Source: Phoronis australis (lineage: Eukaryota; Animalia; Phoronida). From it: DNA of 64,000 nt. Both the position numbers and the translations under genes were made by a program. The first letter of the stretch is position 1; every line of letters starts with the position of its first letter. The notes beneath the pieces are model-generated. The model saw nothing but the letters and a program-made list of their open reading frames with translations, was not told where the DNA came from and did no database searches. The DNA is taken from assembly GCA_002633005.1 (NCBI GenBank), contig NMRA01000262.1, forward strand, positions 68,902-132,901, read 5' to 3'. This document shows positions 1 to 14,900 of this stretch, piece by piece.

Positions 1-928
1 ACGCGCATTTTAAAATGTGGCGAAGTAATCCACATTTCGTTTCGCTAGGGAAACCCAGCGGAACTTCCTGATCGTCGCGTGGCCTGCACCTGCACCTGCA
101 CCACCGGCGCTCAGTTTCTGGCGGCCGGGCGGAGCAGCAGGTGGGCACCTCAGTGTCCAAGCTTTCTGATCGGCCCCCCCAGCCGATCACTTGCACCGGG
201 GATTTTTGGCACCTGTCGAAACAACAGGTGCGCGCGCCGGGTGGAACAATGGGTCCGTACACTGACACATTTTAAAACGCAAGTGTTCTCTTTACCCCGC
301 CTATATCGTGGTGCCCTCGCTGTCGTGCCATCAAATTATAGGTCACATGACCACAAACGTCATGACCTTGGCGGGCTCTTTGAAGAAAATGTGGCTAGGC
401 TGTGAACGAACGGTGGGGTCATGGACGTCTTTCAGTGAGTTCTAGTAAATTGCACTGGTAATAAATTCTGTAGGATTGGATCTAACTCTGTTGCAAGAGT
501 AGGGGACCAAAGAACACGGCAAAATAGGAAAATAGTTCATTGGCAGCTATAGACCGGCAGCCCAGAGCACTTAGCATAGATGAACGAGGTACCAACATCT
601 GACCACGGGAGCATTTAAAGTCCACCTCAGTATGTACAGAAATGGACGTCTGCCGTTGTATGCACTCTGGGTGTGACCCCTGGGGGCCTTACAAAGACCC
701 CAAAAAATGAGCTAGACTAGATATTCGAGGTACCAACCAAAACTGATTTAAAACGAACAATAATACCGCACTGAACACCGAATGACCCATGACAGACAAA
801 TTGCACTCTGGAATGGGTCCGGCAGAAGCCAAAAAAGGACCCCCCAAAAATGAGCTAGCACATACATTCGAGGTACCACACAAAACCAATTCCATGTGAT
901 TCAATACATGTCACAGATCACTAAAACC

Positions 929-1612
929 NNNNNNNNNNNNNNNNNNNNNNNNNNNNNNNNNNNNNNNNNNNNNNNNNNNNNNNNNNNNNNNNNNNNNNNN
1001 NNNNNNNNNNNNNNNNNNNNNNNNNNNNNNNNNNNNNNNNNNNNNNNNNNNNNNNNNNNNNNNNNNNNNNNNNNNNNNNNNNNNNNNNNNNNNNNNNNNN
1101 NNNNNNNNNNNNNNNNNNNNNNNNNNNNNNNNNNNNNNNNNNNNNNNNNNNNNNNNNNNNNNNNNNNNNNNNNNNNNNNNNNNNNNNNNNNNNNNNNNNN
1201 NNNNNNNNNNNNNNNNNNNNNNNNNNNNNNNNNNNNNNNNNNNNNNNNNNNNNNNNNNNNNNNNNNNNNNNNNNNNNNNNNNNNNNNNNNNNNNNNNNNN
1301 NNNNNNNNNNNNNNNNNNNNNNNNNNNNNNNNNNNNNNNNNNNNNNNNNNNNNNNNNNNNNNNNNNNNNNNNNNNNNNNNNNNNNNNNNNNNNNNNNNNN
1401 NNNNNNNNNNNNNNNNNNNNNNNNNNNNNNNNNNNNNNNNNNNNNNNNNNNNNNNNNNNNNNNNNNNNNNNNNNNNNNNNNNNNNNNNNNNNNNNNNNNN
1501 NNNNNNNNNNNNNNNNNNNNNNNNNNNNNNNNNNNNNNNNNNNNNNNNNNNNNNNNNNNNNNNNNNNNNNNNNNNNNNNNNNNNNNNNNNNNNNNNNNNN
1601 NNNNNNNNNNNN
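929..1612. other. Assembly gap (684 N)
   Basis: Run of N; single-N joins also occur at 6943, 27214, 46224, 57810 and 59609. Confidence 1.
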
Positions 1613-3403
1613 TGAACTACCGTATTTCATTCTTGCATTATGAAAACCCCGATGAACATGTTCATATTATTAGGGAAAAGTAGGTCTAGACCTAATAAAC
1701 TTTGGTCAATGAAGAAAGTCTTCTCTTGTCAATCAGTGCGTCATACGAGCAAAAAAATTGACGGAAAAGATTTCCAAGGTTACATGTCACTATTCCGAAT
1801 GTTCATCACTCCAAAAGTCGTCTACTTCGAAGTTACTGCGAAGGTTCGCTACCTTCAAAAGTTCACTCTACTTCGAATGTCCACAATTCCGAAACCAAAA
1901 CTCCGTCAGTTCATTACTCTGCCTTGTACGTGCTAACGAGTCGGAACTAATATGAGAAAAGTATTGTATTTTTGCCCATTTAGTAACTATTTAAAGGGCG
2001 TACAAAGTTGAATAGTTCTTAAAACATTAATTACACTGTTTACAAATGAGCTCAGTTCCAATCAATGCCAATCGCGAATCTTCAATATAACTAACAACTC
2101 ATTCAGTCTGAAGCAGGGACAACATCAGGTCAAGACTTCAGCAACCAATAGCGGCGATTTTAAGTTTAAGACTACTGAATGGGACTCTCCGACTTTGTGA
2201 AGACTGGCAGGGACAGGGTAACATACTCACACCTACTAACTACATTTAGTTTCGATCCGGCCATGCGCGTGGTTCCGATGGGTGAGTTTGAGGGGCATGC
2301 AGTTAAACTATAGCTCAGTCACGCTATGAAATGATGTGACCTTGCATGGATTTGATGAATGTATCATGGTTGATAATTCATCAATATTCCTACTTCTTAA
2401 TCTTTTAAAAATCCCATTACGTACTCATTTTTCGTATTCAAAAGACATGCGGGCAATTTCCCATACGCATGGAACCCAGGCGTTGTTTAAGCATAGGTAC
2501 ACCACCTAGTGCATCTAATAACCGAAGTGTCGTTTATTTCTGCATGTAAAGGGGTACATGTCTGATACACCCAAGTCTGAAATTTGATCTTTTCGGAGTA
2601 ATGAACCTTAAGTGAACCTTTGGAATACTGGGCTGTTCCCATTTCCAGCGATGTAAGCAAGTTAAGTAACGCGCAAAATACAACCAGATCAAAATACTCA
2701 AGTCGATCATGCTTCGATTAAATATTTCCGACCGAGTATGTATGAGGTGTAATCACTCATTTATAAGCACGCCCGGTTTGAAAGTTTGGCAGTAGGTAAC
2801 GTGGGAACATTCTCTTTCTGGACCACATTACATGTACATCCGAATTTGGGTCCCGTTCTTTGTGAGCAACCATCAGGGCATCCTCATTTCTGGTATTACG
2901 AATTCCGTCTGATCTGTTGGGAACATAGAGCTGAGAGTCGTCGTTGTGTATATAGATTTCCCTCCCCCTAGTGAAAGTGCGTCAAGGGCCTTACTGAAAA
3001 CTCTAAAGTGTCGACGTTTGTAAAATATCAAAGGTCCACCGTACCAGAAATTCAAACCACCCCCCGCACAATGCTGGCTACGGGCCTGTGTTATTTGTTG
3101 TATTTTGAAATGAGTAACTTATACATGGGCGGCGCAGCACTGAAGTGAGCGTAAGCCCCCCATCCCCCCTGTGGTGCAGTGCCCAAAGACCATGGGCGGT
3201 ACAGCACTGAAGAAAATGGGGGGCAATGGCCCCGCTATGGTGCGCCCCCCTTGCATTGTTGCGAAAACTCCCGTCTCTTGAGCTCAAAGTCGATTTGCCG
3301 GAGCTGAGAAAAAGCCAAAAATGTCAGACAATGTAGAAAATAGTAAAGACTGCACTTCAAATCCTGTTAAAATATATAGCTGTTGAGCCTAATGAAAAGT
3401 TAA

Positions 3404-3612
3404 TTGGCAGTTGTGTTCCTGATGAGAGGACTCTTGGCAGTTGTGTTCCCGATGAGAGGACTCTTGGCAGTTGTGTTCCTGATGAGAGGACTTGGCAGTT
3501 GTGTTCCTGATGAGAGAACTCTTGGCAGTTGTGTTCCTGATGAGAGGACTCTTGGCAGTTGTGTTCCTGATGAGAGGACTCTTGGCAGTTGTGTTCCTGA
3601 TGAGAGGACTCT
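3404..3612. repeat. Minisatellite, 30-bp unit x ~7
   Basis: ttggcagttgtgttcctgatgagaggactc. Confidence 0.95.
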
Positions 3613-4972
3613 GTTGATTTTTGGACATGGCTGCTGTGTCCCCCCATAGTGTTTTTTGCATCTTCGCTTATTTAAGCCCCTTGAACGAGCTTTGTGAAGT
3701 TTTGTCAGATGTGTTCGTAGGGATGTGTCAGTTTGTCAGATGTGTTCGTAGCGATGTGTCAATTTGTCAGATGTGTTCTAGGGATGTGTCAGTTTGTCAA
3801 CTATCAATGTTTGTAGGGATGTGTTAAACTGCAGGGAGGATCATGATTATTTCCAGAGTTTGAAATTCAGGAATGATGCCCCCTAATATCTTCACCTCTA
3901 ATATTTTGTATGGGTACCCACGATTTTGGTGGCTGCCTCTACGGGTTTGCCTCCCAAGGCAATATTAAAAGCTTGCATCCCTATGACAGTCCCTATGACA
4001 GGGGAGCAAACTTGGAAATGAGCACAAATGGGAGCTAAAATGGTATGTGGCGTTAAAAGGAATTTGACTAAAACCATGACGACAAAAGTGTCGTTAAGTC
4101 ACATTAACTTGTTTGGATTCCTGTAAGCTAGCCTACTAAAGCTGCTCACTTTGTTTCACTCTCCCTCCCCTCCCCCCTCCTTCATATTGCATCGCAATTG
4201 TATAATGCAATGCGTGTATATTGTTAAGCTGTTATTTTCTGTCGATGTGTCCTATCACATTAATTTGACCCTTTTGCAAGGAATAATTAGAATTCAACGT
4301 GTTTGTTCAGATTATGAATTTATAACATAGTGCGATCAATGGGAATAGTTGAAGACAGGTGATAGCCCATGCAACTATGTATTATTTAAAATGGTATCAG
4401 TTTAGAAAATCAAACATCACGTTATCTTGCTTACTAGCTAGGACAGAAACTATAACTCATTCACAAATCATTCCTTGCTGTCTAACATGCATTTTGACAG
4501 CATAAACCAAGCTTTCAAAACGTCACAACACGTTAAGCAGGGCTTATGGTTATATTTACAAAACAGTTCCATTAGAGTGAAACATTGTTCTCTAGTGGCC
4601 AATAATAACTATTGTTCAGCTCCACATGTTTTGAAAAGAAACAGTTCGATATATACTACTAGACTTTTTTCCAGCAGTAGTTAAACAAAGAAGCATCCTT
4701 TATCTTATTGATTAAAGGAGTTGATGATTACCAATATTGAACCAGGCTGATTTGTTCTATTTTGTTGACATGACTCGACATCAATTCAGCTTTGAACACT
4801 AATTTCCAGTTTAGGCCAGGCACAACCTCCATATATACATTATTGAAGTTCAATGCTTAAAATTAGACTGAAAATTTATTCACAGAATTGTGTGGTGGAC
4901 ACTCAGTGGATAGTTGTTGCGAGTAATTGCCACATTCTTTTAATCGTGCCAAATGTTTCCCTTACATTGCAG

Positions 4973-5139
4973 GAAAAGTGACCGTATCCGATTCATTTCC
5001 TCATGTTGGTGGCGACACTTCCATTTCCTGCACCATACCGCGCCAGTGTCTAAACACTTCAAATACCAAGCATATTTGCTTCATCCATCATTTCTTCTCA
5101 AGACAGAAAGCTGGGTTGCAAGCACGTGTCATTCCACAG
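4973..5139 (+). CDS. Receptor exon: Ig domain 1, N-half (GKVTVSDSFPHVGGDTSISCTIP...)
   Basis: cttacattgcag|GA acceptor and CAG|gtaatt donor; phase 1-0; contains the Ig B-strand Cys. Confidence 0.8.
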
Positions 5140-8100
5140 GTAATTGTATTGTCAAGACTGCCATACATTAACTGATTTGGCTTGTGATGGGGAACCTATT
5201 GTAACATACGGTAATCACTTATTTAGCTCACCATGTGACCAATAAGTGAAATTCTGTTTTGTTAAATTAATCCACAAAGTTAAAGATGAAGAAATTTTAA
5301 TCTGCTATCATAATTCCTTATTTCTACTGTTACTTTTATTATTACTGCTGCTGCTGCTGCTGCCGTTGCTGCTGCTACTTAAAGCTGCTGCTGTAATACG
5401 CTTAGAACTGTTACGGTATATTACCAGTAATTCTAGTAGAGTGCTTTTATCAGCCAGCAACTACAGTACTATCACACCATCAATTTTAGGCATAGCATGG
5501 TGGACAAGTGCAATTTTAGGCATAGCATGGTGGACAAGTGCAATTTTAGGCATAGCATGGTGGACAAGTGCAATTTTAGGCATAGCATGGTGGACAAGTG
5601 CAATTTCATTTTCTTGTTTTTCGTGAGAAATATGAATCACCAAATTTTATAATGCTCTGCCATGTTCAAGTTGTGTATGGATACAGACAATATTGTGTAC
5701 AAGTCTGGCCATTCACAACAGTGTCAAACGATATCTTTGAAATTGAAACAAAAACAGTTCGACAATTTTTGTTTTCTGTTATTTCTGTTTATAGAAGAAC
5801 ACTTTGCGTGCACTTGCAATAGAGTATGTAGTATGTGTTTATTGTTACTGTTTAGTGTGTGCTGATTTACGAATTCCGAACAATATCTAAGTCAAGTGAA
5901 AATTTTGCATGAATTTTGATAGGGCATTTCATCGTTGTTTAGCTACCAATATCGAGTTCTTAATTGAAGGCCTTTGAGCTTAAAAACATTAGCATGTAGG
6001 CTTATACACGATATTGAATTGTTACCTAATGAGCATACCGATCACCCTTTTTCAATTCATAATTTTAGGGTTGACTAACTTCAATAAACTCTTAAGGGAT
6101 ATTTTCAATGTTCTTGTTTGTAACTCAAATAGAATCCTATCACAGTTAGGGATATTATAAAACTGATTCAATGAGAGTAAAAGGTGTAATTCAATTTTGT
6201 TTTTTTGCCAGCTAAATATGCGATACAACTATAAATATGCCTGGAATAATCGTCGACTGAGAGCAAACATGTGCAGTTCAACTGGGATGTTATTTTTTAA
6301 CCTAACCACGGTTAACCTGAGTAAAATAAATAACATTGCAAAGATTTGTTTTTCTTTGATAGTGAAGCGTGTGCAATTTAATTGCACCAGGACCAGGTTT
6401 GTATCACTATAAAGAAAAATAAATTGATGCATTGTTGTCTATAACCCTAAACCTATGCATAGTTAAATTGCAGGTTTGCTTTTCAAATTTGTTACTAAGA
6501 AGCGTAGTCTATAGAAGAGTTATTAAAGATCATTATATTAGGTGTTATTAGGTGTATTACAGGTTATCTCCAAGTTTGACGCCTGCAAGTTATGAAACCA
6601 ATGTCTGCATTGTTATGAATAGGTTTGTTTCTTATAAATACTGTGTAGACTCATGACCAGTTATTCATAACAAACCATAGTAAACGAAAATGAGCTGAAC
6701 AAAATAACAGTAACAATAGCAGTGTAATATATCCTTGAATAAACATTTTTCAACGTTCAAATAATTCTATAGTATGTACCAGCCTGCAGTTGCTTTCAAA
6801 AGTCCTCATGGTTAATCAGTTGTTGAGGATATCTGTGTCCGCCCGCAGTGGTTGGTGACTACACCAGCTAACACAGACATACGAAGCAGGGGGGAGGGCA
6901 GGGAAGCTACCACTCCCCACTCATGATGGGGGGGGGGGGGCANTCATGAAGTTAGGGACAAGGGGCAGGATAGTTGTTTGTCTTGAGTACACACACTTAC
7001 ATTGGCATTGGGAGAGGGGTAGGGGGCGATGTAGTTCGATCACTCATGAAGTTAGGGACAATGGGCAGGATAGTTGTTTGTCTTGAGTACGTACACTTAC
7101 ATTGGCATTGGGAGAGGGGGTAGGGGCGATGTAGTGCGATCACTCATGAAGTTAGGGACAATGGGCAGGATAGTTGTTTGTCTTGAGTACACACACTAAC
7201 ATTGGCATTGGGAGAGGGGTAGGGTGCGAGTACCCACCACTTGTGAAGTTGGGGGCAGGACCCCCCAATTACATACCAGGAGATAAGTCCCCTTAATACT
7301 TTGCAAGCGTTTGGGTAAATTTATTACCTTCTGGCAACCGGCATAGGCGTACAGGTCAGTGGGGAAAAGAAACATATTACAGACACTGGGTTACTGGCAC
7401 TGGATTTATCCTGTGCGACCCCTCGACAGTATATTTTTGAAAGGTGCTCTCGTTCACGCATGGGTACATTATGTTCGCTTTTATTTTATAGCCTCTCATT
7501 TTCACGTGAAGTTAATGGTCAGTAAAAAGAGTTAAAACTGATACTGGACTTACATTTTATTTGAGTGATGTTGCGTCCTCATCGCAGGTACTTTCACTAG
7601 CAACTTCTATGGTCGGCTGATGACGCAACCTTCAGGGAATGAAACACAAAGTGCGGTCCCATGTCCCGGAGAGCTGCAATTAGATACGCCTTAGCGATTC
7701 AAAGAAGGACTTTCAACACATTCGTAGATAGATTCCTTAACACCACATTTGAGCCAATTTTCGTCACGTTCCAAAATTCGTACACCACTGGTGTCGAATG
7801 AATGTCCTGCCAGCATTGATGTGATTGAAAACAGCTGACTTGTACCTGCGCTAAGCAGTGCTCAGGTTCATTCTGCTCTTGAGAGGCTGCTTGATTTCAC
7901 CCACGTAGGATTCAGTACACCTCTTGTCCTCATTTATATAATGCCATTAACTACATTGGGCACTTTCCATGGCAACCAATGTCTTTCTCCCGGACCAGTT
8001 GACTCCTGAGAGAGTTGATGGGTTTGAAAGCTGTGGCAAAAGGCCTTCTCAAGTGAGACTTAATTTTGTCCGAATTAAATTATTCTTTGTCAGAACCATA

Positions 8101-8897
8101 TGAGCTTTCGTTGGCTTCTTTCAGCTAATATGTTACGCATTTGGTTTCAGAAAAGACTGCTGCATCAAGGCCATGGTCGGGTACAACTCTCTGTGCAGAA
8201 TGTGGCGTTTTCAGACACTGGCAGTTACTCCTGTCATTTCAGTGACACCCCATTGAATTGCCATGGCAACTGTGTAGTTGACAAAACCTTAGTTGGAGAA
8301 CTAGACATTGAATGTGAGTACCTCTTTCATGCAGCCCCAGGTCATTTTATGAACGCTGTTGTAGAAAGTAGAAGTTGTTGATGGTCAGTGGAGGAATGAT
8401 GGTCAAGCAGGGGAGGACATGGTCATCTGTGGCACCACTAAAGAACACTTATAGTTGTTGTAAACAAAATGGTGTCGAAGACATCACAAGTGTAGGTCTT
8501 TCTGAATTTCGGCTTTGTTAACTTTTGTCCATACTCTGACTCACAGCTGTTGTGGGGACCTAACTGTACAGAATTTGTACAAACATCGACCATTTTGAGC
8601 ATGGCTGTGAATTCAAGCATGGCTGTGCATTATATGTCAAGCATGGCTGCATGATATGTCAAGCATGGCTGCATGTCAAGCATGGCTGCATGATATGTCA
8701 AGCATGGCTGCATGTCAAGCATGGCTGTGCATTGTTGCTATAATTAAGCAGAACAATGTGCATTACAGAGTACAACCAAAATAGTGCAGATACCTTGGAG
8801 CTATTCTTTGATACTGATGCCTTAGGCGATCATTTTAAACTGAGGGCCCCCATGGAAAGCAGTGTGAACTGATGGGGCTACCCTCATTGTAAATATT

Positions 8898-8949
<52 letters not shown>

Positions 8950-11900
8950 CAACATCCTTAGGGGTTCAGCAGTGCCATTGTAGTGCATCGTTTCGCAACA
9001 TGTTTTCAATTCCAGTGGTCTATTCATTCAGTTATGTTCTCTCTCCTGTATTTCAACAGCTACTTAATCTCAGGCATTGTATGTGTTAGAAAGTGTACAC
9101 TGTTTAACATAAGGAGTGCAGGCAACCTGGTGTCTTTTGCTTTACAGCAGACATACGCAGACCTCATGGTTTATCCCACTGCACGAAACAGTCTTTAGCT
9201 AAAACTCATGAGAGCCCTGTTATCGACCAACACGTCAGGTTCTTGGTGAAGGAAAGCTGTCCATTTCCTTGAAGAAAATGGACAGACGTTTCCATTTGTT
9301 GTCAAGCACTATATGTTGTAGGCATGTAACAGTGCCATCCAGTAGGTTACTCCTTAGCCTATAAAAAGCTGGGCAAGACTCTACCAGGTGTTTACGGGTT
9401 TTAACGTCAGTACCACACTCGGGACACACTGGGCTAGCCTGTTTAAATTATTTCATTAATTCATTTATTTTTGCTTACTATTAAGGATGAATTATCAGTA
9501 ATACAAAAAACTCCAAAAATATGCACATTGTTGAACACTAAAAAACTATGCACAACTTTCATTTCAGGTAATACTCACATGTATGATATTTACAATTATT
9601 ACTGAAGTCAGTATGCTTTTTTCACACTCTAAAAGTGAAATTGATCAATGTGGAGCAGAGGTCATTATCACATTTTTGGGGTTTGAAAATTGTATATTGA
9701 CTGAGTGTGGAAGTCAATGGTTGTTTTTATTATATGATTACATCTGTTAAGAGATTCTCTGGTAAGATGGGCAAATAAAAAGTGCCACAAGAGACGTTGT
9801 AAACAAGAGACATAGTAAGACAGCTCATGCCCATCTACCAGCCACGCCACCATCATGTCACTTTACTCAACTGTTTTTCTAAGCTTTTTATTTCATCTGT
9901 ATTCTGATGCCACTCTTGTTTTTAAATAACTGTATTAATATAATCCACCTGGTGAATGCACACCTTCATAAAGCTATTACAGTAATATAATCCACCTGGT
10001 GAATGCACACCTTCATAAAGCTATTACAGTTCTCACTGTGGCGTTATTGCACAAAAGTATGTTTTCAAAGGGTAAAATGTTCACTGACTTTCGAAACACT
10101 TTATTTGTGTGAATTTCACTGCATGGGTTCTGAGCGTGCTAACACCCAGTTTGCGATGACATTGTCAGTTTGCATTAAAAATGACCTTTGCATGATTGAC
10201 CATCCTGAGCATCTCCTGGAAGTTGTTTTTTTAATCTCTCATTGTTTTCGGTAAAAAATGGTAGCTGAGGTGAGTGACCAAGTGAGTGATATAAAGTGCA
10301 AACACAGCCTCGATCCATGGTGGTGGGTGTAATCATAATAATGATGCAACATACTCAAATCAGTGAAAGCTAATAGTATCTAATTTTCTCATACTGTACG
10401 TGAATTTATTTCTGAAAGGCTGGTATTGAGCTTGTATAAGAATTGCACACAACATTCATGTACAGTTAGCACATCCACGTAAGGTGTACTTGTACTTTTC
10501 TAGGCGGTGGGATTGTGACGCCAGAAAAGTCAGTGTACAGTTATGGTGCCAATGTCACCTTCAAGTGCAACATTGACACGCGCTGTCTATCTGACCAGTT
10601 CAACGTGCAGGACCTCTACTTCTCTCATAACGACATTCCTTTGCCTCAGGTAAGTCAAATCACATGGCCAACAAACATTTGATTAACTAGTTTTGTGTAC
10701 AAAGTTGACAATACAAATGGTAAGTTGACGATATAAACATTAAGTTGTCGATATAAACATTAAGCTGACGATATAAACATTAAGCTGTTGATATAAACAT
10801 TAAGCTGTTGATATAAACATTGAACTGTCGATATAAACATTAAGCTGACGATATTAACATTAAGCTGACGATATAAACATAAAGCTGACGATATAAACAT
10901 TAAGCTGACGATATAAACATTAAACTGTCAATATAAACATTAAGATGACGATATAAACATTAAGCTGTTGATATAAACATTAACCTGACGATATAGACAT
11001 TAAACTGTTGATATAAACATTAAACTGTCGATATAAACATTAAGCTGACGATATAAACATTAAGCTTGACAATAAATATTAAGCTTAATGATATAAATAT
11101 TAAGCTTGATGATATGAATATTAAGCTTGACAATATAAATATTAATCTGATTTCTATGTTTAGTTGCAGTCCACCTGGTTTAGTTCACATTTTAACATGT
11201 GTCTCATCATGTTCCTTACCGTGATGGATTCTGTTCCTGAACCATCTTTTGAAAATATAATTCAATGGTGGTAAGGAATATCTGAAGATTGATTTTATGG
11301 CCGTAGAAGGTCTAATTCAATTCTTGTTTTTACTGCAGCTAAAGGGGGCAAAATCCGGAATTAGTGTAGTGGCATACTCAAAGAATATAGGGTTCAAAAT
11401 CTAATCTTCAAACTCAAACATGTTTTGATATTATCTGGTACTAAATTAAGCGTGTTATTGCGTTTGGATTTATGTTTGGTGTGTTTTGATTTACAAAATT
11501 ATTCAAGATTTTAGTTATTTATTCCAACATTAGAATACCAAAGTTGAGTTTAAGCGAAGCCTTGAAATGTCCTGTTTCAACTTGATATTGATCTTGTGTC
11601 TAGCGCCATCTATGGCAGTGGATGTGTGTTGTGTCTAGCGCCATCTATGGCAGTGGGTGTGTGAGCCTAGTTATTTATGTAAACCCACCTTTAGCAGAGC
11701 GCAATATCCAAACACTCAAATATTTATGTAAACCCACCTTTAGCAGAGCGCAATATTGAAACACTATGTAAACCCACCTTTAGCAGAGCTCAATATTGAA
11801 ACACTCAAATATTTATGTAAACCCACCTTTAGCAGAGCGCAATATCCAAACACTCAAATATTTATGTAAACCCACCTTTAGCAGAGTGCAATATCGAAAC

Positions 11901-14900
11901 ACTCAAATATTTATGTAAACCCACCTTTAGCAGAGCGCAATATCCAAACACTCAAATATTTATGTAAACCCACCTTTAGCAGAGCGCAATATCGAAACAC
12001 TCAAATATTTTCAGAACTGGAACCAAAGATATCCAAACTTGGCTAGACTACCAATTTAAAGTGTTGAAAACATTTAGTCATTGGGCATAGTATGGTGTGC
12101 ATGGTGAGGAATGGTTCAAAGTCAACTTCATTAAATTTGCTGGACATATGCCTCAATGTGACAAAATGTAAGATTTTGTGTAATTTACATGTGTACACAA
12201 ATTGTGCTTTCTGGTTACAATTGAGATAGTGTTACAGGTGCACTTTATTTCCAGGCTCCGACTAGGGTAACTGCCATCAATTCCACTCATTATGTGTTGA
12301 CCAACATAACATTCCAAGACAAGGGCTATTATGTATGTCTTCTCAACACATCATCAGCTGATAGGAAGCGGGAATATGTAGTTGGACATCAAATATTGGA
12401 CATTGACTGTAAGTGATCAACTTTTGCTAAATAATTTTTCAATTTGGGACACGATATGCTGGATATAGTTGAAGTTTCATTTTGCCAAATTTTTCAACAG
12501 AAATAACATTCTCAGCACAATGTGCTTTTAAGTTGGTTTTAAACATGATTTATATGGTGTGGCTATTTCCAAACAACTTTTGATAACATTTTGAGCATTT
12601 GCAGCAATGTTGGAGAAATATAGAAATATGGTAATTTTAGCAATTATTATTTTTGTCCCAAATTGAAGAATTTTTGCCGTAGTGGACAAATATAGGTTTG
12701 AGCAGTTAGGATAAGTCAACCCACTCCACTTCAGAGTTAAAATTATTTAAAGTATTTTAATGTCTTCTAACTTCATGGGAAAGGGTCAACAAACTCCTTC
12801 AAAGGGTTATGTTACCTATACGTTTAGGAATGTCATTTATTTCATAAGTTCATGTTCACTCTTCTATTTCTGAGGTAAAGAAGTATGTGAGCACTGTAGT
12901 TGATGACGGGAGGTGGTTGTGCTGTCAGTGGTTATCATACGTGATTTGAGATATTCCTCATTATATTTCTGGGTAAATTGGAGTTGTTTTTCAACAGACT
13001 TCAAGTACTAGGGAAATACAGTTTGGGTGACAAAAAACCATGGGCGATTGTTTGAAGTCCAGTTAACCTAAACCTCTAAAATGCAAGCCGGCTCAACAAC
13101 CGATATAGAATTGGCTTGCCTTTGTATTCCTGCTTATAGCTATCTTTAATGAAAATCTCACCCAGCGAGATTGATTATCACTCATTGAATTTCTCACTGG
13201 GAGAGATTTGTGATCTTGGATTTTCTCCTGAGTTTTGTATTAAAGTTATGATTGTAATTAGATAAGAGTTCTATCAAAGCTATTGGTAACCCAAATGCTG
13301 CTCATTTTTGTTTGTTTATCTTGAAATTTGTGACGGAATCATAATAACATTAAGTTATTTAGGTGTTTCACCTTTGATAGCATGTCTCATTGTTTAACCC
13401 TGCCCCCTTATAACATCAAATGACGTTTAAAGAGGAAGGCATTTATTCATGTCATTTTTAATAAAAAAAAAGTTTGTTGAGTATCCGAGACATTATGTTC
13501 CAGTTAATTATGGCTTCCCGTAATTTTATTTATTAGTCATGCCCTACTCCGGAAGTGACGTTTAGGTGGTTAAGAATTTCCGCCATTTTGCTTCTACTGC
13601 GTTTGAGTTTACTGTGAGGATGATTTGCTCTACTGTTGTTTTCATGCTGGTTTCCTAAAATTGTCATCACCACTTCCCATAGGCAAGTATTCTATGACAT
13701 GCTAGGTTATTAGGGAACTCCATTAGGTTGGATTTAAGAAACTTTTAGTTTGTACTTGCCTGAAAATGGCTGGAGTAAGCGACCCATATATCACAGACAC
13801 AGTAAGGTGAGTAACGGAGACATTGTTCATAGGAGTGGTGTCAAGGAATTTTTTCACGAACAGTCAGTGGATGGGTAATGTTTGGGCCCGAGTATAGTGA
13901 AGCATAATACGTGCAGACAGCTGTTGAGAGGCCGGGATGAATCAGAGGCTGAGGACAGATGTGGCGGGACGTCTTGATGCAAATGCACGGTGTGCACTGT
14001 TACACCGACCTCAATGGAATGCCTATATGCTGTACGTTCCCTCTGGATTGTGACCTGAGCACCCAAACCGCTTACATTTTGCCGTGTGACTCCCTGGCCA
14101 GTCACTTGCACCATCTCAATTATGCTCCAATACTTTAGTCAAGTTCACAATAAACTTATCAAAGTTTGGCTCACCGGCCTGTTCACTGGACGGCGAACTG
14201 TCCTCCTCACTTAAACTGGGCCTGTATTCACTCCCCACCATCGCTGCAGGACTGCTTACAGGCTCTGGGCTGGTGACAACACAAGCACAGGGTGAATAAC
14301 TGCTAGTTCCAGGAATTGTACGCTCTCGGGGGTACGTTCAGAGGCACGGGTGACAGTAGATGAAGGGCCTCCAGTCACTGTAGTGGCCACAGCTCGCGAG
14401 GCTTCTCCCTTCAAAAACGCACTTCTCGGGGTTGGCGACAGGGCACTGCCAAGAATCAACTGTGACAGTATGGCACCCTTCTTCAGGCGTTGTTTTGCAT
14501 GAACCTTCATCAATTCTACATACATATCTTTCGGCAGAAAATATTTGCCACACACTCAGTAATTCTTTACTGGTTTGTATGTTGTGTGGATGGTAACGCT
14601 GCATTCTTCACACGAACGAGCCAAGTACGACGAAGTGTGTCATCTTTCGGAAAGTGGTGTATTGGCATACCCAAAGTGCGAGTGAGACAATAACGAGTAC
14701 ACCCTTGTACACAGCTACTGTGCGGCATGTTGACTGACTCGTAAACAAATGCAAACGACAACCATAGGTATCATAACCAAGGTAAAACAATGACTGACTC
14801 GACTGCTCACACAGTCATGTTTGTAATGGCGGGAATTAATTCAACATCACTTTGGGAGTAAGGCACACAACTATAATTAATAAAATTACGAGAAGCCATT

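Noticed and set aside
1-260. GC-rich stretch with cacctg/caggtg repeats and ORF 79-405 as a gene or promoter
   Set aside because: No recognisable protein; probably a repeat fragment truncated by the window edge and cannot be classified.
896-1630. 239-aa ORFs on both strands
   Set aside because: They consist of translated N gap.
3357-3661. Repetitive ORFs
   Set aside because: Translations of a 30-bp minisatellite.
5246-5626. Poly-Leu ORF resembling a signal peptide or TM protein
   Set aside because: It comes from a (CTG)n/(TTA)n microsatellite and a 30-bp minisatellite, and lies downstream of the first Ig exon.
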